From Neophaeotheca triangularis (Eukaryota): 64,000 bases of DNA. The stretch lies in the NCBI GenBank assembly GCA_054600435.1, contig BAAIJX010000003.1, positions 496,001 to 560,000 of the forward strand, given 5' to 3'. The first letter of the stretch is position 1; every line of letters begins with the position of its first letter. Made by a program: the position numbers and the translations under genes. The notes under the pieces are model-generated. The model was not told where the DNA came from. It saw nothing but the letters and a program-made list of their open reading frames with translations, and made no database searches. Positions 58,998-64,000 of the stretch are shown here, piece by piece.

Positions 58998-59554
58998 GGG
59001 TGTTGCGAGGAAGGGTTATTCGGTAGGGACTGTGTGTTTGGTAGTAATTCCTATACGCTGAGAGCTTGAATGGTGTTGCCGACTGCTATGTGGACTTATA
59101 CTTGACCGCCTCGGTGTCTTCGATAGCATTGACAGGGTCTTTCCATGAACTGCGCTTCCGTGGCGAGGCTAAGAGGTCTGCTTGAAAATGGTAGGGATCC
59201 TTGTTCGCTGGCCATCTCTAGACAACAATGACTCTAAGATATCCATGGAAGCAGAGGCATGTGAACGTTGGAAAACCTGGTTATAATCAAATTTGAATGC
59301 CTCCAGTACATTACGATCCCTTGATACCCCGCCACAAACCCCCGCAGGCCGCTATCGGCGCGGGGCCACTGAAATGGCGCTTGGGGAACCATGAGTCCAT
59401 GACTACTACCCATTTTCTAGAACAGTCCGAGGATATGAGTGAATATCACCTCAGTAATCCAATGTACATGATAGGGCGCCGTGTCTCCCCGTAAGGACTT
59501 GGTCTCTTCAAACTACGACAACCGCTACCGTCTCACGTCTCCCTTCCTTCACAA

Positions 59555-60811
59555 ATGGCAGACCACAGCACCTGCCCACCCCTAACCCGGGCCTCCGTGC
59601 AACAAGCACACACACGCATCCAAAAGTACATCCACCGCACGCCCGTCGTAACCTGCAAAACCCTGAACCAACTAGCATCGACACCGCAATCGCAGCGATG
59701 CCCCAGCACCGGCGCCAACGCAGCTGCCGAACCCGCACCACACACTCCCGAGCAGCCTACTAACCCCGACAAAACCCACGCCGCCAACCCCCAAGTCCGC
59801 CTCTTCTTTAAATGCGAAAACCAACAACGCATCGGCGCTTTCAAAGCGCGCGGCGCCTTTCACGCCCTGGGCAGGCTGATAGAAATGCAAGGTCTCGAGA
59901 CCGTTCGCGCACGCGGAGTCGTTACGCACAGTAGTGGGAACCATGCGCAAGCGCTCGCGCTGGCGGCCAAAACCCACAACGTCCCCGCGCACATTGTCAT
60001 GCCGGGGATTAGCACGCCGAGTAAGATTGCCGGTACCAAGAGTCATGGGGCTAATGTTATCTTCTCGGGTTCTACGAGTAAGGAGAGGGAGGCGGTGGTT
60101 GAGAGGGTTGTTGCGGAGACCGGGGCGACGCTCGTCCCGCCGTATGATCATCCGGATATTGTGCTTGGCCAGGGAACGCTGGGGTTGGAGTTGCAGGAGC
60201 AGGTTTTGGAGGTCTTGGAGCGGGAGCCGGGGTTAGGGTTGAAGGGGAGGAAGGGGCTGGATGCTGTGATTGCGCCGATTGGGGGTGGGGGGATGCTGTC
60301 TGGGGTTTGTGTTGCGATGGCTGGGACGGGGATAAAAGTTTTTGGGGCTGAGCCGCAGTTCGAGGGCGCGAATGATGCAGAGATTGGGTTGAAGCAGGGG
60401 AAGAGGATTGAGGCTGTTAGCACCCTTACGATTGCTGATGGGTTGAGGACCCCGGTTGGTCAGATACCGTGGGACATTGTCAGTGATAAAAGCATGCTAG
60501 AAGGGGTCTACAGTGTTACTGAAGAGCAGATTAAAGCTGCGTTGCGGCTGGCTATGGAGAGGGCGAAGCTGTTCATCGAGCCTAGTGCTGCTGTGCCATT
60601 GGCCGTCATATTGTACAACGAGGACTTCCGGAAGGAGATAGAGAGGCAGGCCGGCAAGGACGGGTGGAACGTCGGTGTCGTTCTCACAGGGGGCAATACC
60701 ACGGTCGAAGCTATCGCGAAGCTTTTCGCGGCTCCAGAGAAAGTCGAGCAGAGGGCGGAAGCGAAAGTGGGCATCAATGGTGAACGTGAAGCTGAGAACG
60801 TAGCTGGGTAG
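59555..60811 (+). CDS. PLP-dependent serine racemase / threo-3-hydroxyaspartate ammonia-lyase (Sry1-like), 418 aa
   Basis: IHRTPV, FKCENQQRIGAFKARGA (PLP Lys), THSSGNHAQA, PPYDHPD..GQGT, GGGGM, TIADGL, IEPSAA, GGN. Confidence 0.92.
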   Translation: MADHSTCPPLTRASVQQAHTRIQKYIHRTPVVTCKTLNQLASTPQSQRCPSTGANAAAEPAPHTPEQPTNPDKTHAANPQVRLFFKCENQQRIGAFKARGAFHALGRLIEMQGLETVRARGVVTHSSGNHAQALALAAKTHNVPAHIVMPGISTPSKIAGTKSHGANVIFSGSTSKEREAVVERVVAETGATLVPPYDHPDIVLGQGTLGLELQEQVLEVLEREPGLGLKGRKGLDAVIAPIGGGGMLSGVCVAMAGTGIKVFGAEPQFEGANDAEIGLKQGKRIEAVSTLTIADGLRTPVGQIPWDIVSDKSMLEGVYSVTEEQIKAALRLAMERAKLFIEPSAAVPLAVILYNEDFRKEIERQAGKDGWNVGVVLTGGNTTVEAIAKLFAAPEKVEQRAEAKVGINGEREAENVAG

Positions 60812-60944
60812 ATATCAGTAGATCCTTCCTAATGCACCTGTCCACATCTATGTCCACTGTACTAGAGAAATCTTCGCAATAAGGCGTTTAGCCTCATGGG
60901 TATATAAGTCAACCAAATCAAGCTCCAATCGCTGCGAATGTCGA

Positions 60945-61633
60945 TCATCCCCTATAGCTCCCCGACCTTCCTGAATGTGGTGGCGCATCGGGTATCGGTT
61001 CATAGTCATCCTCACTGGGCATGAAAAATGCCGCACCTACAACGCCGATGATGTCGAAAAGCAGCACCGTCCAGCTCACGGTGCACAGAATCCAGCTCTT
61101 ATCCAGTTCCCAACCAACGAAAAAGCGGTTGTCGTGGTCATAAAGATATGCCTGGAGCACAAGTCAGCCACACCCTTTCAACTAGCCATTCACCCACCCG
61201 GTCAACATAGTTTAACACTCACCACCAACGCCATGGCAATCATCTGCGTTACAGCCACCACACTCAACAACCCACCAAGCATCTTCCACCCTCCCTCCCT
61301 CATATTCCTGCCACCCGCCAAGATCACCACATACACAGCGAGACAAGCCAGTTCAAAAACCACGGCCAGATTCATCAAAAACCCCGTACTTCTCCACATG
61401 GAGCAGAAGTATCTGTCCTCGCCATAGCAGTCCTCGTATTGTGGAAAGGGCGTGCAGGAGTCTGTAATGGAGGAGCAGCGCTTGTGTAGGCCGTAGGAGA
61501 CGCGGATTGGGCTTCCCGTGGAGGTGGGCGAGCGGTAGCTGACCCATGACGGAAGGGCGATTGAGGCAATGGTGCAGGCGGTGGCGCCTAGGAAGACCCA
61601 GAGGGAGATGCCGTAGACGATGCGGCGGGTCAT
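60945..61633 (-). CDS. Claudin/PMP22/SUR7-like four-TM membrane protein, 205 aa, 2 exons (61633-61223, 61151-60945)
   Basis: TM1 followed by W...YGLHKRC...C...C...FCSMW loop; intron 61152-61222 (GTGAGT...CAG) joins AYLYDHDNRFFVGWELDKSW; C-terminal YEPIP. Confidence 0.88.
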
Positions 61634-62202
61634 GGTGGTGGAGATGTGGGAGAGGTGTTGGCAAGCAGTGATAGGAGGTAGTCCTTTCTGTGGTGTGTGT
61701 CTCGTAGGCCCGGGGATTATGTAGACTTGTAACAATCTTGTAGATAGACGCTGTAGCGAACGGTGTAGACTGCTGTAACCAGACTGGAGGAGGACTAACC
61801 GGTTATGGTATGGAGAGGGATCGATCCGTAGCGCTGGATCTATCACATGTAAAGTAGGTATGTGGGGATCTCGTCTCGCCTGCTGCCGACAGGGGAGGTC
61901 GAGCGATCCAATCTTGCGGACTTGGTCGCTGCATCTGAATCTCTTGCGAGGGACGGGACATTATTGGCGAACAAACATCTTCGCCTTCTCTCGCATAGAC
62001 GACAATAGCGACGACAGTCTTTCGCGCCAAGTATAACAGACTGTCTCGTAAACATGCCTTTCTCCTCCTACTATGGACAACTTGGCTGCTAGAGAGACGC
62101 CAACAATAAGCTCGAACGGGCCAGGAGATCACCACCTCCTTAAGCAGCAGTCACATTGTCGGATTGATTCGCGCAACCTAAATCCCTACCGGACACTACA
62201 GC

Positions 62203-64000
62203 ATGGCCACCATGGAACGAAGTCGCGACAGTAGCACATCGCCTCGAACCAGGAGCCCACGCGACACCTCGCCCAAGGCCAGTACCGCCGGCCCCAGTGA
62301 AGATGCCAGGCTTGGGAATGGCTATGTCTCCTCTCCTCTCCGGACTGAGCAACGGCTCAACAGCATTCAGAACAAGTCACTTCCTGACTTGTCAGCTTCC
62401 GAAAGCCCCAGACCGAGCACTGCGCCGCATCCACGCTTCCCGTCCTCGTCCAAGCTGGGCAACAGCTTTCCGTTCAATGCACAGCCGGGTACGTACGGTC
62501 AACTTCCAACTACTGGAGACTTAATAGAAGCGGAGGCGAGGGATACTGGGTCTTCTGAACTTGGGCCCCCGAGGCTGGGTCAACGGAGGACCAACGCTTC
62601 AGGCACGGAAACGCCACCTGAAAGGAGGAGCGTGCAGTTTGCGAGAACCCCCACAGAAGGCGAAGCGTCGGCGCCTGGGCCGCTTTCGAAGAGCCTGACA
62701 TGGGAGACGGACGAAGAAAACGAGAGGGATGCAGCGCCTGGTAGAGGAGAGCGACAGGGTTCATTCTTTACACGGTTAAAGGCGCTTGCGTCGCCAGCTT
62801 CGTCGAATCATGTCAGGACGGCGAGCAATACCACTGGCTTTGGAACGCCTACTGGACCTCTTTCGCCGCAGTCTGAGCGCAGCGAACCCACTTACCCCGG
62901 CACTCCTCGAGAAGCGAGCGAAGTGGGAGGAGACGCTGATGTCGAGGAGACGTCTGATGAGGATCAGGCCCCCGACACCATAAGGCCAAAGCGCAAAAGA
63001 AAGAGCAGGCGTCCGCCAATTGAAGGTAGCTCAAGCAATCCGAACACCCCGAGAACCTCACGCTTCGCTAGTTTCATTAGAGAACATCAACTTGGGAGCT
63101 CGAGCGGGCTGAAACCTCCACCAGAGCAAGCAAGACGGGGCACCATGGACGAGATACCCGAGAACGAAAGAGCTGGTGTATCCGAGGACGAGGGCAGAGA
63201 CAGGATACGTAACGCTTGGAGGCGTGGTATAGAGGGAGCGCGAGGGTTAAGCTATTCGGCGCGCAAGAACACAGAAGGGGATACACCGGATGGCCGACGA
63301 CCGCATGGTTTCCGACGAGCATTGACAGGTTTCGGGGGCACAGATGGTACTGCGGACTCATTATTTGCATTGCGGACGCATAGGCATAACAGCAGCAGTG
63401 TGCAAAAGTGGCGGCAAGTGAAGAACGGCTTGCGAATGCTTGGGCAAAGGAAGAAAGACGAGCGCATTAGAGTGGATCATCAAAAGTCAGCTCAACTCAT
63501 GGCCGAGCTCTTGGCTGGAGCACCCGCTGCTCTCTTCTTCGCGAGCATGTACCAGCGCGATGAGCACGGTCACAAAAGGATTCCGGTGCTTCTTGAGCAG
63601 CTCAAGATCAGCATCCCGTCCAGTCATATGCGAGAGGTCAAAGGTGGAGACCGTCACATGAATTTCCGTATTGATCTGGAGTATGGCAATGGGCCTGCGA
63701 GAATGAAGTGGACTATTCATCGCCTGCTGCGTGATTTTATCAATCTGCACGTCAAATACAAGGTTTCGCGGCAGACAGACATGGTCAAGCAGCTCAAGGG
63801 AGAGGATAAGAACAGGGCGAAGATCCCTCGCTTCCCCAAAAGTGCTTTCCCCTACTTACGTTCGGTACGTGGTCTGGCGAGCACACTTCAGCAACTCGAC
63901 GACGAGGACGATGAGGAAGAGGGTCCAGATGCAAGTGGTCTTGATGGCGAAGCTAGTGGTACCGAAAGACCTGGGCATCGCCGCCAACTATCCTCCATGG
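62203..64000 (+). CDS. SPO14: Phospholipase D1 (Spo14-like), N-terminal region and PX domain; continues past the window
   Basis: Absent from the ORF track, consistent with no in-frame stop before the window end. From ATG 62203: RRSVQFAR, DHQKSAQLMAELLAGAPAALFFASMYQRDEHGHKRIPVLLEQLKI, FRIDLEYGNGPARMKWTIHRLLRDFINLHVKYK, IPRFPKSAFPY. Confidence 0.92.
   Translation, partial: MATMERSRDSSTSPRTRSPRDTSPKASTAGPSEDARLGNGYVSSPLRTEQRLNSIQNKSLPDLSASESPRPSTAPHPRFPSSSKLGNSFPFNAQPGTYGQLPTTGDLIEAEARDTGSSELGPPRLGQRRTNASGTETPPERRSVQFARTPTEGEASAPGPLSKSLTWETDEENERDAAPGRGERQGSFFTRLKALASPASSNHVRTASNTTGFGTPTGPLSPQSERSEPTYPGTPREASEVGGDADVEETSDEDQAPDTIRPKRKRKSRRPPIEGSSSNPNTPRTSRFASFIREHQLGSSSGLKPPPEQARRGTMDEIPENERAGVSEDEGRDRIRNAWRRGIEGARGLSYSARKNTEGDTPDGRRPHGFRRALTGFGGTDGTADSLFALRTHRHNSSSVQKWRQVKNGLRMLGQRKKDERIRVDHQKSAQLMAELLAGAPAALFFASMYQRDEHGHKRIPVLLEQLKISIPSSHMREVKGGDRHMNFRIDLEYGNGPARMKWTIHRLLRDFINLHVKYKVSRQTDMVKQLKGEDKNRAKIPRFPKSAFPYLRSVRGLASTLQQLDDEDDEEEGPDASGLDGEASGTERPGHRRQLSSM

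Overview
Gene-dense euchromatic window from a filamentous ascomycete. Short GT-AG introns with CTRAC branch sites and the gene content suggest Dothideomycetes; that assignment is inference, not a database result. About 25 protein-coding genes can be supported, mostly housekeeping: DUG1 (5'-truncated), a CE16/GDSL esterase, a GPI-type Ser/Thr-rich protein, a 1341-aa disordered protein, PhyH dioxygenase, TMEM234, an ABZ2-like lyase, TOM70, two Zn2Cys6 regulators, a GH35-like enzyme, NADP-IDH, UTP15, DMAC1-like, a CYP7-like P450, OSH3, RPL15, HUL4, a serine racemase-like enzyme, a claudin-like protein and the 5' part of PLD1/SPO14. I found no rRNA, canonical tRNA, CRISPR array, intact transposon or secondary-metabolite backbone gene. 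The most interesting signals are not explained by the ORF track: (1) a roughly 230-nt highly base-paired candidate Pol III ncRNA at 34.0-34.25 kb that I cannot assign to a known family, plus a weaker one at 15.4-15.6 kb behind a ~190-bp tandem repeat; (2) a spliced 85-aa secreted, cationic, 8-Cys peptide with a gamma-core motif; (3) a cloverleaf-like fold next to a non-canonical branch site in an RPL15 intron; (4) two tandem decayed genes with mitochondrial-presequence-like N-termini; (5) a recurring abrupt C/A-rich to G/T-rich strand-skew switch in the 3' part of many genes on both strands; (6) a GC-AG intron and two stop-free 3n introns. All gene models and RNA pairings were derived by eye.
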